Source: Allosphingosinicella sp.
GTDB taxonomy: Bacteria; Pseudomonadota; Alphaproteobacteria; Sphingomonadales; Sphingomonadaceae
DNA length: 64,000 nt
NCBI GenBank assembly: GCA_036386555.1
Contig: DASVVM010000017.1
Coordinates: forward strand, 10,697 to 74,696
Direction: 5' to 3'
The stretch's first letter is position 1, and the number at the start of each line of letters is the position of its first letter. A model generated the notes under the pieces. It saw only the letters and a program-made list of their open reading frames with translations. It had not been told where the DNA came from and searched no databases. Below, in pieces: positions 21,287-31,787 of this stretch. The position numbers were made by a program, and so were the translations under genes.

Positions 21287-22453
21287 ATGAACGTCGAAGA
21301 AGCAGAGGCGGTCCTGAAGGGGGTCCTCGACCCTCTGCCGCTCGAGACGTTCTTCAATGCCCTGGGACGCGAGGTCGTCGACGTACCCGGCGGCCCGGAT
21401 CACGTCCGGGCGGCTCTGCTCGGCGAGGATCCCGTCCGAACCGCGCTCGGCGCCCATGAAAGTCATTCGGAACGGCTCGATTGCCACGGCGTCAGCCCCG
21501 CCCTGCCGCCCCCGGGGCCGCGCAGGACCTCGGGCCCGGCCGACTTCCGCTGCCTGGTCGACGCCTATCACGAGCGCAACTATACGGTCCGGATACCCGA
21601 GGTGGTTTCGCTGTCGCCGCCGCTCCTTCGGTTCGCCCGGGCGCTCGAGCTGCTCCTCCAGCAACCGGTCGACGCCTCGCTGTTCTGGAGCAAGGCCGGC
21701 GCAGGAGCGATCGTCCATTACGACAATCGCGACAATCTGGCCGTCCAGCTCCACGGCCGGAAGCGCTGGTACGTCTCGACGGACCCGCCGGGGCTTCAGA
21801 ACGATTGGAAGCATATCGGCGAGCCGCTGCCCCACCTTCAGCGGCACCGGGTGATCGACGTCGGCCCGGGCGATCTTCTCTATATTCCCCGCGGCACGCC
21901 CCACACGGTCGATTCCGTCTCCGAATCGCTTCACCTCGCGGTGCTGTTCGTGCCGACGACGCTCCGCGACGTCCTCGTCGCCGCGATCGACCATATGTCG
22001 GACTCGGACCGCGCCTTGCGCGAGACGGCCGTGGCGCCCGCCGGCAGCCTCGCTCCGCAAGTCGTGCACGCCCTCGAGCGGCTGATCGCCCGCTGCCGCT
22101 CCGGCGATTTCGTCGATGCGGCGACGCAGCATCGCGCGTCGCGGTTCGTAGGCGGGCTGCCGGCGCCGCCGAAGCCGCAATCGCTGCCAAACGTCTCCGC
22201 GGAAACCCGGGTCCGCCATGCGCCGCTCGCCATCTTCCAACTGAGGCGGGCGGGTGACTGGATCGACTTCGGCTTCCCCGGGGACCGGCTCGCGATCCAC
22301 CCCGGCGTGGAGGAGGAGCTGCGGTTCATCCGCGATACGGCGGAGTTCCGGATCCGCGACATTCCGGGCGTGTCGTCCGTCGAGGTTCGAGTGGCCCTCG
22401 TCGGCCGGCTAATCGCGGCCGGGCTCCTGGAGCCGGCGGCGCCCGGGCCCTGA
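21287..22453 (+). CDS. JmjC/cupin-4 (ribosomal-oxygenase-like) 2OG oxygenase
   Basis: HYD...QLHGRKRW...PGDLLYIPRGTPH...SLHL, then a helical region and a winged-helix-like C-terminus. Confidence 0.85.
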   Translation: MNVEEAEAVLKGVLDPLPLETFFNALGREVVDVPGGPDHVRAALLGEDPVRTALGAHESHSERLDCHGVSPALPPPGPRRTSGPADFRCLVDAYHERNYTVRIPEVVSLSPPLLRFARALELLLQQPVDASLFWSKAGAGAIVHYDNRDNLAVQLHGRKRWYVSTDPPGLQNDWKHIGEPLPHLQRHRVIDVGPGDLLYIPRGTPHTVDSVSESLHLAVLFVPTTLRDVLVAAIDHMSDSDRALRETAVAPAGSLAPQVVHALERLIARCRSGDFVDAATQHRASRFVGGLPAPPKPQSLPNVSAETRVRHAPLAIFQLRRAGDWIDFGFPGDRLAIHPGVEEELRFIRDTAEFRIRDIPGVSSVEVRVALVGRLIAAGLLEPAAPGP

Positions 22454-22545
22454 CCCGCGAGCTTGACTTGGAAGCCCCGTCCCCCTAGGTGAGCGCCTCG
22501 CTTTTCCAGCAGACATTTTCGACGAGACAGGCAGGCGTTCAGGCC

Positions 22546-22671
22546 ATGAAGATCCGCAATTCTCTGAAGTCCCTCAAGTCGCGCCACCGCGACTGCCGCG
22601 TGATCCGCCGCCGGGGCCGTACCTACGTCATCAACAAGACCAACCGCCGCTTCAAGGCGCGCCAGGGCTGA
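22546..22671 (+). CDS. rpmJ: 50S ribosomal protein L36 (zinc-independent type)
   Basis: [41 protein letters not shown]. Confidence 0.97.
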   Translation: MKIRNSLKSLKSRHRDCRVIRRRGRTYVINKTNRRFKARQG

Positions 22672-22693
22672 CGCGGCCGGCCGAAGGCCGCTG

Positions 22694-22801
22694 CGTCACC
22701 CTGAACTCGTTTCAGGGTCCAGGCCGGGGCCAAAGCCATTGCCTGACGATAGTCGCGGTGCCTGCCGCCACCCTGGATGCTGAAACAAGTTCAGCATGAC
22801 G
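22694..22801. repeat. Family C variant REP-like element
   Basis: cgtcaccctgaactcgtttcagg...gctgaaacaagttcagcatgacg. Confidence 0.75.
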
Positions 22802-22804
22802 GAT

Positions 22805-23425
22805 ATGCGTATCTCCTCCCCACCCACCGCCGTCATCTTCGACGTCGGCAACGTCCTCTACGGCTGGGATCCCGAAAGCTTCCTCGCCCGCCAGCTTCCG
22901 CAGGACGACGTCCGGCTTCGATTCATCGCGGATGTCGACCTTTGGGGCTGGCACGACACGCTCGACGGCGGCCGACCGTTCGACGAGGCCGCGGCCGAGC
23001 TTTCCGAGAAATTCCCCGATTACGCCGCCTACATCTCCGCCTGGGGCGAGCGCTTCGGCGAGACGATCAGCGACCCGGTCCCCGGGGTCCATGCGATCGT
23101 CGAGGCGCTCGACGCGCGCGGCGTCCCGCTCTTCGCCATCACCAATTTCTCCGCCGACTTCTGGGCCCCGTTCCGGGCCCGCGAGGACGCCTTCTTCCGC
23201 CGCTTCCGGGGGATCGTGGTTTCGGGCGAGGAGAAATTGCTCAAGCCGGATCCGGCCATCTACTACCGGGCGCTCCACCGCTTCGGCCTGCAGCCGCACG
23301 AGGCTCTCTTCGTCGACGACCGCGAGATCAACGTCGAGGGGGCGGAGGCGGTGGGGATGCACGGGCATCTCTTCACCAGCGCGGAGGACCTGCACAGAAG
23401 GCTCGAGAGCGAGGGACTGCTTTGA
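22805..23425 (+). CDS. HAD family phosphatase
   Basis: IFDVGNVL, ITN, KPDPAIY, FVDD. Confidence 0.9.
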   Translation: MRISSPPTAVIFDVGNVLYGWDPESFLARQLPQDDVRLRFIADVDLWGWHDTLDGGRPFDEAAAELSEKFPDYAAYISAWGERFGETISDPVPGVHAIVEALDARGVPLFAITNFSADFWAPFRAREDAFFRRFRGIVVSGEEKLLKPDPAIYYRALHRFGLQPHEALFVDDREINVEGAEAVGMHGHLFTSAEDLHRRLESEGLL

Positions 23426-23426
23426 A

Positions 23427-23558
23427 TTCCTCCCCGAGCTTGCTCGGGGTGGGGGACCGCGCGAAGCGTGGTGGAGGGGAAATTCCGAGTCAGTATTACC
23501 CCTCCACCACGGCGCTTCGCGCCGCGGTCCCCCTCCCCGAGACAAGCTCGGGGAGGAA
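23427..23558. repeat. Family A palindromic element
   Basis: Same arm architecture as 10774; begins 1 nt after the HAD stop codon. Confidence 0.9.
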
Positions 23559-23596
23559 GCAGGCAACTTCCGTCCCCTTCGCGCTTTGTTTCGGCG

Positions 23597-24361
23597 ATGA
23601 GACAAAGATGGCCAGCGAAGCTCTGGATCGTCCGCCACGGGCAGAGCGCCGGCAACGTCGCGCGCGACGCCGCCGACGCCGCCGGTCTGGGGGTGATCGA
23701 TCTCGACATCCGCGACGTCGACGTGTCGCTGAGCGATCTCGGCCATCGCCAGGCCGAGGCGCTCGGCCGCTGGTTCGCGGCCTTGCCCGAAGACGAGCGG
23801 CCCGAGGTGGTGCTGACCTCGCCTTATGCCCGCGCCCGGCAAACCGCGGAAGCGATATGCAAGGCCGGAGGCTCGGTCGCCGGCGCCAATGCCCCGCGCC
23901 AGGACGAGCGGCTTCGCGAGCGCGAGTTCGGCCTGTGGGACCGGCTCACCACCGCGGGGGTCCGCGAGAAATTCCCTGAGCAGGCCGAGCAGCGCACCCT
24001 GCTCGGGAAATTCTACCATCGCCCGCCCGGCGGCGAGAGCTGGGCGGACGTCATCCTCCGCCTGAGGAGCGCGCTCGACACGGTCAGCCTCCACCATGCC
24101 GACCGCCGGGTGCTGATCGTCTGCCATCAGGTCGTCGTGCTCTGCTTCCGCTACATATTGGAGGAGATGGACGAGGCGCAGATCCTGGGAATCGACAAGG
24201 AAGGCGACGTCGTCAATTGCGGCCTCCTCCAATACGAGTTCGAGCCCGACGATGAGAAGGACTGCGTTCCAAAGCTGGTCTGCTACAATTTCGCGGCGCC
24301 GCTGGTCGAGGAGGACGCCCCGATCACCTCCGAGCCCGACGCGATGGTCGCCGCCCGGTGA
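23597..24361 (+). CDS. Histidine phosphatase family protein
   Basis: IVRHGQS, TSPYARARQTA, LREREFG, GGES, VCH. Confidence 0.9.
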   Translation: MRQRWPAKLWIVRHGQSAGNVARDAADAAGLGVIDLDIRDVDVSLSDLGHRQAEALGRWFAALPEDERPEVVLTSPYARARQTAEAICKAGGSVAGANAPRQDERLREREFGLWDRLTTAGVREKFPEQAEQRTLLGKFYHRPPGGESWADVILRLRSALDTVSLHHADRRVLIVCHQVVVLCFRYILEEMDEAQILGIDKEGDVVNCGLLQYEFEPDDEKDCVPKLVCYNFAAPLVEEDAPITSEPDAMVAAR

Positions 24362-25242
24362 GCGCGTTCGAGATTCTCGACCGCGACCTGCTCCGCCGCT
24401 TCCCGCTTCCCGAGCATCCTGAGGATGGCGACAAGGAGGACCGGGGCCGGCTTCTCGTCGTCGCCGGAAGCCGCGAGCTGGCCGGAGCCGCCCTGCTCGC
24501 TGGAACCGGCGGGCTTCGCGCGGGCGCGGGCAAGCTCCAGATCGCCACCGGCGCCAGCGTCGCGGCCCTGCTCGGCGTGGCAGTGCCGGAAGCCCGGGTC
24601 GTCGGCTGTCCGGAGACGGACGAGGGCTGCATTGCGCCCGAGGCGATCGCGGCACTGCTGGAGTTGGTCGAGGGGGCCCAGGCGACGGTGGTCGGCTGCG
24701 GCCTGCAGCACGGTCCGCCGCTCGACACTCTGCTCGATGCGCTGCTTGCCAGCGGGCTCGACACGCCGCTGGTGCTCGATGCCGCCGTGCTCGGCAGCCT
24801 CGCGCCGCGCGCCGAAACATTGCGGGCGTGGCGAGGCGGCGCAATCCTCCTCCCTCACGCCCGCGAAATGGCGCGCCTTCTGGAATGTGAGGCGCAAGAG
24901 GTCGAGGCCGACCCGCTCGCCGCGGCGCGCCGGGCGGCCGAGACGTTCGGCGCCGTCTCGCTGATCAAGGGCCAGTACAGTTATGTCGTAGCGCCCGACG
25001 GGCGCGCCTTCCGCTTCACCGGCGGCGGGGTCGGCCTCGCCACCTCGGGCTCGGGCGACGCTCTGGCCGGAATCGTCGGAGGTCTCGCCGCCCGGGGCGC
25101 CGATCCGCTGACCGCCGCCTTGTGGGGAGTCTACCTGCACGGAGAGGCGGGCCGCGCGCTCGCGAAGCGGATCGGCCGGATCGGCTTCCTCGCCCGCGAG
25201 CTGCTCGATGAGGTGCCCGGGCTGATGGAGGACCACGCTTGA
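24358..25242 (+). CDS. nnrD: ADP-dependent NAD(P)H-hydrate dehydratase (stand-alone)
   Basis: KEDRGRLLVVAGS, RAGAG, LDA, PHAREM, LATSGSGDALAG; GTGA overlap with upstream gene. Confidence 0.88.
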   Translation: MSAFEILDRDLLRRFPLPEHPEDGDKEDRGRLLVVAGSRELAGAALLAGTGGLRAGAGKLQIATGASVAALLGVAVPEARVVGCPETDEGCIAPEAIAALLELVEGAQATVVGCGLQHGPPLDTLLDALLASGLDTPLVLDAAVLGSLAPRAETLRAWRGGAILLPHAREMARLLECEAQEVEADPLAAARRAAETFGAVSLIKGQYSYVVAPDGRAFRFTGGGVGLATSGSGDALAGIVGGLAARGADPLTAALWGVYLHGEAGRALAKRIGRIGFLARELLDEVPGLMEDHA

Positions 25243-25267
25243 TCCGGCACCCGCCTTTCCGCATTCC

Positions 25268-26776
25268 GTGATCGTGACAGTGAACCCCGACGTCATCGAG
25301 CGCGCCTATTCGCTCCTCAACCAAGGGCACGCGGAGGAGGCGCTCGAGATCAGCACCCGGCTCGCAGCGGCGACCGGCGCCAGCCACGATGTTCTGGTCC
25401 TGCACGCCGCCGCGCTCAAGCTGGCCCACCGCAACGACGAAGCCCTCGCGGTCGACGAGCGGGCGGCACGGGCTTTCCCCCGAAGCGGCGCCGCCTGGCA
25501 CAATCTGGCGACGACGCTGGCCGAGCTCGGACGGGGGCGGGAGGCTCTGGAGGCCCTCGCCAGGGGCTTCGCCCTGGGCCTCGATTCCCCGCTGAGCTGG
25601 CAGGTGAAGGCCCGGGCCCACGTCGCATGCGGCGAAACCGGCGCGGCCGAAGCCGCCTATCTCGAAGCTTCGAGGCGGGCGCCGAACCTGCCCGCGGTCG
25701 CCGCCGAACGGGCCGATTTCCTGTGGATGGCCCGGGGCGATCTCGCGGCAGCCCAGGCGGCGCTGGACCAGGCGTTCCACGCCGGGGCCTCGCCGGGGCC
25801 GCTGCTGATCGCCAAGGCGAAGCTGCTCGCCTCGGCCGGGGACCTGGACCAGGCCGCCGACCTCCTCGATCGTGCCGCGGGACATTTGCCGGACGATCTG
25901 TCGCTGGTCCTCGCGGCCGCTCAGGCGGCTCTGGAGGCGGGCCGCCTCGCCGAGGCGGAGCGCCACGCGCGCCACGGCGAGCGGCTCGCCCCCGGCGAGA
26001 TCGCCGCCCTCGTCCAGTCCACTATCGTCAATCTCGCGCTGGGGCGCCCGGAAGCGGCCCGCCTCGCGATGAGCAAGGCGATGGACCTCAAGCCCCTGGA
26101 CCAGTCGGTGCTGGCCTGGGCCGCGACTGCGGCGAGGGCGGCCGGCGACCCGCTCTACGGCCGGCTGTGCGACTACGAATCGATGGTCGGAACCTACGAG
26201 ATCGGGCCGCCGCCCGGCTGGGCGAGCCAGTCGGACTTCCTACGCGACCTGGGGGCGGCGCTCGACAAGCATCACGTCATGGCCGAGCACCCCTCGGCCC
26301 AGTCGCTCCGCCACGGCACCCAGACCACCTATCTGCTGTCCGGATCGCGGGACCCGGCGATCCAGGCCTTCTTCAAGGCCCTCGACGAGCCGGTGCGGGA
26401 GCATCTCGCCCGGCTCGGCCCCGGGGACGATCCGCTGCGCCGGCGCAACACCGGCGGCTATCGGATCGTCGGCGCCTGGTCGGTCAGGCTCCGGCCGGGC
26501 GGCTTCCACCTCGACCACCTGCACCATGAAGGCTGGATCTCTTCCGCCTTCTACGTCGAGACTCCGGACGGCGCCCTGGAGCGGGAGGGCAAGGAGGGCT
26601 GGCTCCGCCTCGGCCAGCCGCCCTTCCCGACGGCGCCGGAGCTTCCGGCGGAACGCTTCGTCCGCCCGAAGCCGGGCCGTCTCGTCCTCTTCCCCTCCTA
26701 CATGTGGCACGGGACGGTGCCCTTCCACACGCAGGAACGGCGCACGACGATCGCCTTCGATCTGATTCCCGGGTGA
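25268..26776 (+). CDS. TPR-containing putative 2OG-Fe(II) oxygenase (TIGR02466-like)
   Basis: Long TPR region; WSVRL..GGFHLDHLH..GWISSAFYV, LFPSYMWHGTVP, RTTIAFD. Confidence 0.85.
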   Translation: MIVTVNPDVIERAYSLLNQGHAEEALEISTRLAAATGASHDVLVLHAAALKLAHRNDEALAVDERAARAFPRSGAAWHNLATTLAELGRGREALEALARGFALGLDSPLSWQVKARAHVACGETGAAEAAYLEASRRAPNLPAVAAERADFLWMARGDLAAAQAALDQAFHAGASPGPLLIAKAKLLASAGDLDQAADLLDRAAGHLPDDLSLVLAAAQAALEAGRLAEAERHARHGERLAPGEIAALVQSTIVNLALGRPEAARLAMSKAMDLKPLDQSVLAWAATAARAAGDPLYGRLCDYESMVGTYEIGPPPGWASQSDFLRDLGAALDKHHVMAEHPSAQSLRHGTQTTYLLSGSRDPAIQAFFKALDEPVREHLARLGPGDDPLRRRNTGGYRIVGAWSVRLRPGGFHLDHLHHEGWISSAFYVETPDGALEREGKEGWLRLGQPPFPTAPELPAERFVRPKPGRLVLFPSYMWHGTVPFHTQERRTTIAFDLIPG

Positions 26777-26781
26777 CCGCC

Positions 26782-26915
26782 AAATCCTCCCCGTCCGAAG
26801 GATGGGGAGGGGGACCAGGCGAAGCCTGGTGGAGGGGTAGCTGACGAGGCCTGCGCAATTACCCCTCCACCACCCTTCGGGTGGTCCCCCTCCCCATCTT
26901 CGATGGGGAGGATTT
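26782..26915. repeat. Family A palindromic element
   Basis: aaatcctcccc...ggggaggattt between convergent stop codons. Confidence 0.9.
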
Positions 26916-26917
26916 CG

Positions 26918-28414
26918 CTAGTGCAATTTCTCCTGCGCCTTGCGGTGCCGCTCGAGCTCGTCCCCGACCAGGCGGACGATGTGGATGACGTTGGTCGACC
27001 CGGGAGTCCCGAAGGGCACGCCGGCGATGATGACGATCCGGTCGCCGCCCTTGGCCACTCCGTGGCGGAGCGCCATCCTTTTGGCCTTGGCGATCATCTC
27101 CTCGAAATTGGCGATGTCGCGGGTCCTCACCCCATGGGCGCCCCACAGGATACCGAGCTTGCGCGCGGTCCGAAGGGTCGGGGTCAGCACGAGCAGCGGC
27201 ACGGCCGGCCGCTCCCGCGACAGCCGCCGCGCCGTCGAGCCCGAGCTGGTGAAGCAGACGATCGCCGCCGCGCCGACCGTCCCGACCATCGAGTTGGCCG
27301 CCTGGGCGATGGCGTCGGCGGTGGTCGGATCCGGGAGGGTCTGGGTGAAGTGGACCCGCGCGGCGTGGGTCGGGTCGGCCTCGACGCTGGTGGCGATCGA
27401 GTTCATCATCGTCACCGCCTCGCAGGGATATTGGCCCGACGCGCTCTCCGCCGAGAGCATCACCGCGTCCGCACCGTCATAGACCGCGGTCGCGACGTCG
27501 GAGACTTCGGCCCGGGTCGGGCTCGGCGAGCCGATCATCGATTCGAGCATCTGGGTCGCAACCACCACCGGCCGCCCCATCCGACGCGCCGCCTCGACGA
27601 TCATCTTCTGCAGGGGCGGCACCGCCTGCGGCGGAAGCTCGACCCCGAGGTCGCCGCGCGCCACCATCACCGCGTCGGCGAGCTCCAGGATTCCGTCGAG
27701 CCGCTCGACCGCGGCCGGCTTCTCGATCTTGGCGAGCAGCGCCGCCCGGCCGGCGATCAGCCGCCGCGCCTCGGCCACGTCCTCGGGCCGCTGCACGAAG
27801 GACAAGGCGATCCAGTCCACATGCTGGTCGAGCGCGAAGGCGAGGTCGGCCCGGTCCTTGTCGGTCAGCGCGGCGAGCGGAAGAACGACGTCGGGGACGT
27901 TGACGCCCTTGTTGTTCGAAAGCCGCCCGCCGACCTCGACGATCGTCTCGATCCGGTCGTTCGTCGCGCTCGTCACGCGCTGGACCAGCTTGCCGTCGTC
28001 GAGCAGCAGGCGGGTGCCTTTCTCGACCCCTCCGAAAATCTCGCGGTGGGGCAGCTCGACGCGCTTCGAGTTGCCGAGGGCATGGTCGCGGTCGAAGACG
28101 AAGGTCTGCCCCTTCTCCAGCTCGACGCCTCCATCGCCCTCGAACTTGCCGACCCTGAGCTTGGGCCCTTGCAGGTCGGCGAGGATCGTCGTCGGCCGGT
28201 CGAGCGCCTTCTCGAGCGCCCGGATCGTCTCGATCAGCTGGGCGTGGTCCTTGTGGGTGCCGTGGCTCATGTTGACCCGGAAGGCGTCCGCCCCCGCCTC
28301 GGCGAGCTTGCGGATCATCTCGGGCGTGCGGCTGGCCGGACCCAGCGTAGCGAGGATCCGCACCTTGCGCGTGCGGGGGACGAATTTGCTGGGGAGCGTT
28401 TCGGAATTGGCCAT
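26918..28414 (-). CDS. pyk: Pyruvate kinase
   Basis: ATLGPAS, NMSHG, DLQGPKLR, AKIE, MVARGDLGVE, ATQMLESM. Confidence 0.98.
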   Translation of the reverse strand: MANSETLPSKFVPRTRKVRILATLGPASRTPEMIRKLAEAGADAFRVNMSHGTHKDHAQLIETIRALEKALDRPTTILADLQGPKLRVGKFEGDGGVELEKGQTFVFDRDHALGNSKRVELPHREIFGGVEKGTRLLLDDGKLVQRVTSATNDRIETIVEVGGRLSNNKGVNVPDVVLPLAALTDKDRADLAFALDQHVDWIALSFVQRPEDVAEARRLIAGRAALLAKIEKPAAVERLDGILELADAVMVARGDLGVELPPQAVPPLQKMIVEAARRMGRPVVVATQMLESMIGSPSPTRAEVSDVATAVYDGADAVMLSAESASGQYPCEAVTMMNSIATSVEADPTHAARVHFTQTLPDPTTADAIAQAANSMVGTVGAAAIVCFTSSGSTARRLSRERPAVPLLVLTPTLRTARKLGILWGAHGVRTRDIANFEEMIAKAKRMALRHGVAKGGDRIVIIAGVPFGTPGSTNVIHIVRLVGDELERHRKAQEKLH

Positions 28415-28475
28415 TGCCGGCCCGCATAGCCGTGCCTAAGGCCGCGGCTCAACCCCGATATGGAAGAAGGATCAA

Positions 28476-28718
28476 ATGGCGGAAGGCACCATCGCGGCCG
28501 ACGAGCTGAGGCTGCTGATCGAGAGGATCGAGCGGCTGGAGGAGGAAAAGAAGGCGATCGCAGACGACGTCAAGGACGTTTACGGCGAAGCCAAGTCGCG
28601 CGGCTACGACACCAAGACCATCCGGACCATAGTTCGACTCCGCAAGATGGAAACCCACGACCGTCAGGAAGCCGACGCGCTTCTGGAGACGTACAAGGCG
28701 GCGCTCGGGCTGGACTGA
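28476..28718 (+). CDS. DUF2312 / GapR-like nucleoid-associated protein
   Basis: [35 protein letters not shown]. Confidence 0.92.
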   Translation: MAEGTIAADELRLLIERIERLEEEKKAIADDVKDVYGEAKSRGYDTKTIRTIVRLRKMETHDRQEADALLETYKAALGLD

Positions 28719-28826
28719 TCTCGCTCTGATTCCGCGACGGTCGGTCGGGGAGGATTTGGCAGGCGCCTCGGAAGAAGCGCTCGACAACCACGCTCTGCTC
28801 ATGGTCAATGGCAGGAGGGGTGAGAC

Positions 28827-29528
28827 ATGGGGACGACATCGGAGGATGCCGGCGGGCTGGTCCGCTATCTTCGCGACGCGGTGCACCTGCTTGGCCATCG
28901 GCGGCTCATCGTCCCGGCTGCCGCGATGTGGGCGGTTCTCACTTTCTCCAACATCGTGCTCCTGACGAACATGCCCGTGCGCGGCGAGCTCCCGTCGGCG
29001 GCGGCCATCGGGGCGATCGCGGCCCGGCTTGTCGGCCTCGCCTATGTCGGCACGGCGCTGCTCAGGGTGCTGACCCGAAGCGCTCGGCCAGTGTGGCGCC
29101 CCGACGGGGCGTTCTGGCTCTACTTGGTGGCGACGCTCGTCGCACTCGCGATCGGTGCGCTGCTGGGCAACCTCATGGGCGATTCCAGGGCGCCGCTCGG
29201 TCTGCTCGCGCGGAGCGTCGTCGTCGCGATTGTCATGGCGCCCTTTGCGACCTGGATGGCAGGGATGGCAACCGCGGTGCCGCTGGGCTGGAATCCCCGG
29301 CGCTTCATGCGTCGCTTCGGAGCATGGCTTCTTCCGCTGCTCTTCTGGTCGCTGCTGATCGTGACCCCGACTGGACTTGTCCACGCCCTGATCGACTTCC
29401 GTCTGATCGAGGGGGTCGGAGGTCTGTTCTGGCCCGTGGCGCTGCTCGACGGCACGCTCAGCCTCGTCATCGTGCTGGCGGCTTTGGCGCTTAACGCCGT
29501 CGCTTACAGGCGCGTTGCACAGGGCTGA
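28827..29528 (+). CDS. Hypothetical multi-pass membrane protein
   Basis: About six hydrophobic segments; GGAGGGG upstream of ATG. Confidence 0.7.
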   Translation: MGTTSEDAGGLVRYLRDAVHLLGHRRLIVPAAAMWAVLTFSNIVLLTNMPVRGELPSAAAIGAIAARLVGLAYVGTALLRVLTRSARPVWRPDGAFWLYLVATLVALAIGALLGNLMGDSRAPLGLLARSVVVAIVMAPFATWMAGMATAVPLGWNPRRFMRRFGAWLLPLLFWSLLIVTPTGLVHALIDFRLIEGVGGLFWPVALLDGTLSLVIVLAALALNAVAYRRVAQG

Positions 29529-29579
29529 GCGTCCCGGTATCGGCTGCCTATCGCCCACTTACAGGATCGACGCTGACCC

Positions 29580-30323
29580 ATGGCCGGCCACAGCAAGTTC
29601 AAGAACATCATGCATAGGAAGGGCGCCCAGGACAAGAAGCGCTCCAACCTGTTCTCCAAGCTCGCGCGCGAGATCACGGTGGCGGCCAAGATGGGCCTTC
29701 CCGATCCCGACGCCAACGCGCGCCTGCGGGCCGCCGTCACTACCGCCCGGGCCCAGTCCATGCCCAAGGACAATATCCAGCGGGCGATCGACAAGGCCTC
29801 GGGCGGTGAGGCCGAGAGCTACGAGGAGCTTCGCTACGAGGGCTTCGGCCCGGGCGGAGTCGCATTGATCGTCGAGGCGCTGACCGACAACCGCAACCGC
29901 ACTGCCACCAACATGCGCACCGCCTTTTCGAAGAACGGCGGCAATCTCGGCGCCTCGGGCTCGGTCAGCCACGGCTTCGAGCGGCTCGGACTGGTCGCCT
30001 ATCCGGCCTCCGCCGGAAGCGCCGACGCGGTGTTCGAGGCGGCGATCGAGGCCGGCGCCGAGGACGTCGAATCGGACGAGGACGGCCACCAGATCTGGAC
30101 CGCCCAGGAGGATCTCCACGGAGTCGCCCGCGCCCTCGAAGACTCGCTCGGCGCCGCCGAAAGCGTCAAGCTTGCCTGGCGCCCGGGCACGAAGGTCGAG
30201 GTCGGCGCGGACGATGCCGGCCAGCTGATGAAGCTGATCGATGCGCTCGAGGACGATGACGACGTCCAGACCGTCTGGGGCAATTATGAAGTCCCCGACG
30301 AGGTAATGGAGAAGCTTTCTTGA
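29580..30323 (+). CDS. yebC: YebC/PmpR family protein
   Basis: [33 protein letters not shown]. Confidence 0.96.
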   Translation: MAGHSKFKNIMHRKGAQDKKRSNLFSKLAREITVAAKMGLPDPDANARLRAAVTTARAQSMPKDNIQRAIDKASGGEAESYEELRYEGFGPGGVALIVEALTDNRNRTATNMRTAFSKNGGNLGASGSVSHGFERLGLVAYPASAGSADAVFEAAIEAGAEDVESDEDGHQIWTAQEDLHGVARALEDSLGAAESVKLAWRPGTKVEVGADDAGQLMKLIDALEDDDDVQTVWGNYEVPDEVMEKLS

Positions 30324-30454
30324 TCCTCCCCATGCGGAGCATGGGGAGGGGGACCAGGCGAAGCCTGGTGGAGGGGTAATTGCGCAGAGCTGTTCCAGCT
30401 ACCCCTCCACCATCCTGCGGATGGTCCCCCTCCCCGAGCAAGCTCGGGGAGGAT
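30323..30454. repeat. Family A palindromic element
   Basis: Starts on the last base of the yebC TGA; ends 8 nt before the ruvC ATG. Confidence 0.9.
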
Positions 30455-30462
30455 TTCAGGCC

Positions 30463-30948
30463 ATGATCGTCCTCGGCCTCGATCCCGGGCTCGGCTGTAC
30501 CGGCTGGGGCCTGATCCGGGCCGAAGGCAATCGGCTGAGCCACATCGCGAACGGCCAGATCAGGACGGACTCCAAGGCCCAGCTGCCCGCCCGCCTGATG
30601 GAGCTTCACGGCCGCCTCCTCGCGGTCCTCGCCGAGCACCGGCCGGCCGCCGCTGCGGTCGAGGAGGTGTTCGTCAACGACAATCCGCAATCCACCCTGA
30701 AGCTCGGCCAGGCCCGCGGCGTCGTCCTGCTCGCCGCCGCCAGCCTTGGGATCCAGGTCGGCGAATATGCGCCGCGGCTGGTCAAGAAGGCGGTGGTCGG
30801 CACCGGCGGCGCGGAGAAGACCCAGGTGCACGCCATGGTCCAGCGCCTCCTGCCGGGGGTCAAGATCGCCGGCGCCGACGCCGCCGACGCGCTTGCGGTG
30901 GCGATCACCCATGCCCACCATCTCGCCACGGCGCGGCGGGTGGCCTGA
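30463..30948 (+). CDS. ruvC: Crossover junction endodeoxyribonuclease RuvC
   Basis: [26 protein letters not shown]. Confidence 0.97.
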   Translation: MIVLGLDPGLGCTGWGLIRAEGNRLSHIANGQIRTDSKAQLPARLMELHGRLLAVLAEHRPAAAAVEEVFVNDNPQSTLKLGQARGVVLLAAASLGIQVGEYAPRLVKKAVVGTGGAEKTQVHAMVQRLLPGVKIAGADAADALAVAITHAHHLATARRVA

Positions 30949-30952
30949 CACG

Positions 30953-31037
30953 CGTCATCCCGGCGAAAGCCGGGACCTCGGCGAGACCAGGCTCGGTGTT
31001 CCTTCTCAATGAGGCCCCGGCTTTCGCCGGGGTGACG
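30953..31037. repeat. Family C REP-like element
   Basis: cgtcatcccggcgaaagccgggacctc...gaggccccggctttcgccggggtgacg. Confidence 0.9.
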
Positions 31038-31102
31038 GGTCGCGGTTAAACGGATAGGAAAATGCGGATGCCCTTTCCCCGCCTCCACCCGCTCCCAGTC
31101 GC

Positions 31103-31699
31103 ATGATCGCCAAGCTCCGTGGCCTGCTCGACAGCTTCGCCGCCGACCATGCCGTGGTCGACGTGAACGGGGTCGGCTATCTCGTTTTCGCCTCGACACG
31201 GACCCTGGCTGCGCTCGGCCCGGTCGGGGGCGAGATCGTGCTTCATACCGTCATGCAGGTCAGTGAGGACGACATCCGACTGATCGGCTTCGCGTCGGGC
31301 GGCGAGCGCGACTGGTTCCGGCTCCTGACCTCGGTCCAGGGGGTCGGCGCCCGTGTCGCGCTCGCCATTCTCTCGACCCTGCCCGGCGACGACCTACACC
31401 GCGCCGTGGCGAGCGGCGACCACGCGATGATCGCCCGTTCCCCCGGAGTCGGCCCCAAGCTCGCCCAGCGCGTCGTCCACGAATTGAGGGACAAGGTCGG
31501 AGGCCTCGCCCTCGGCCCGGCCTCGGCGTCCGCCCCGGCCCCGGGCAGCGCCGCCGCAGACGCCGTCTCCGCCCTCCTGAACCTCGGCTTCCGTCCCGGC
31601 GAAGCCGCGGCAGCGGTCGGCAAGGCGGAAGCGGAGCTCGGCCCGGGGGCGACGCTGGATGCCCTGGTCAGGACGGCCCTGAAGAAGGCGGCGAAGTAA
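31103..31699 (+). CDS. ruvA: Holliday junction branch migration protein RuvA
   Basis: [33 protein letters not shown]. Confidence 0.97.
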   Translation: MIAKLRGLLDSFAADHAVVDVNGVGYLVFASTRTLAALGPVGGEIVLHTVMQVSEDDIRLIGFASGGERDWFRLLTSVQGVGARVALAILSTLPGDDLHRAVASGDHAMIARSPGVGPKLAQRVVHELRDKVGGLALGPASASAPAPGSAAADAVSALLNLGFRPGEAAAAVGKAEAELGPGATLDALVRTALKKAAK

Positions 31700-31786
31700 C
31701 GTCGCCCCAGCGAAGGCTGGGGCCCCAGGGAGTGAAGAGTAGGGCGCCTTTCACCCACTGGGATGCCAGCCTGCGCTGGCATGACG
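31700..31786. repeat. Family C variant REP-like element
   Basis: cgtcgccccagcgaaggctgggg...gccagcctgcgctggcatgacg directly after the ruvA TAA. Confidence 0.8.
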
Positions 31787-31787
31787 G

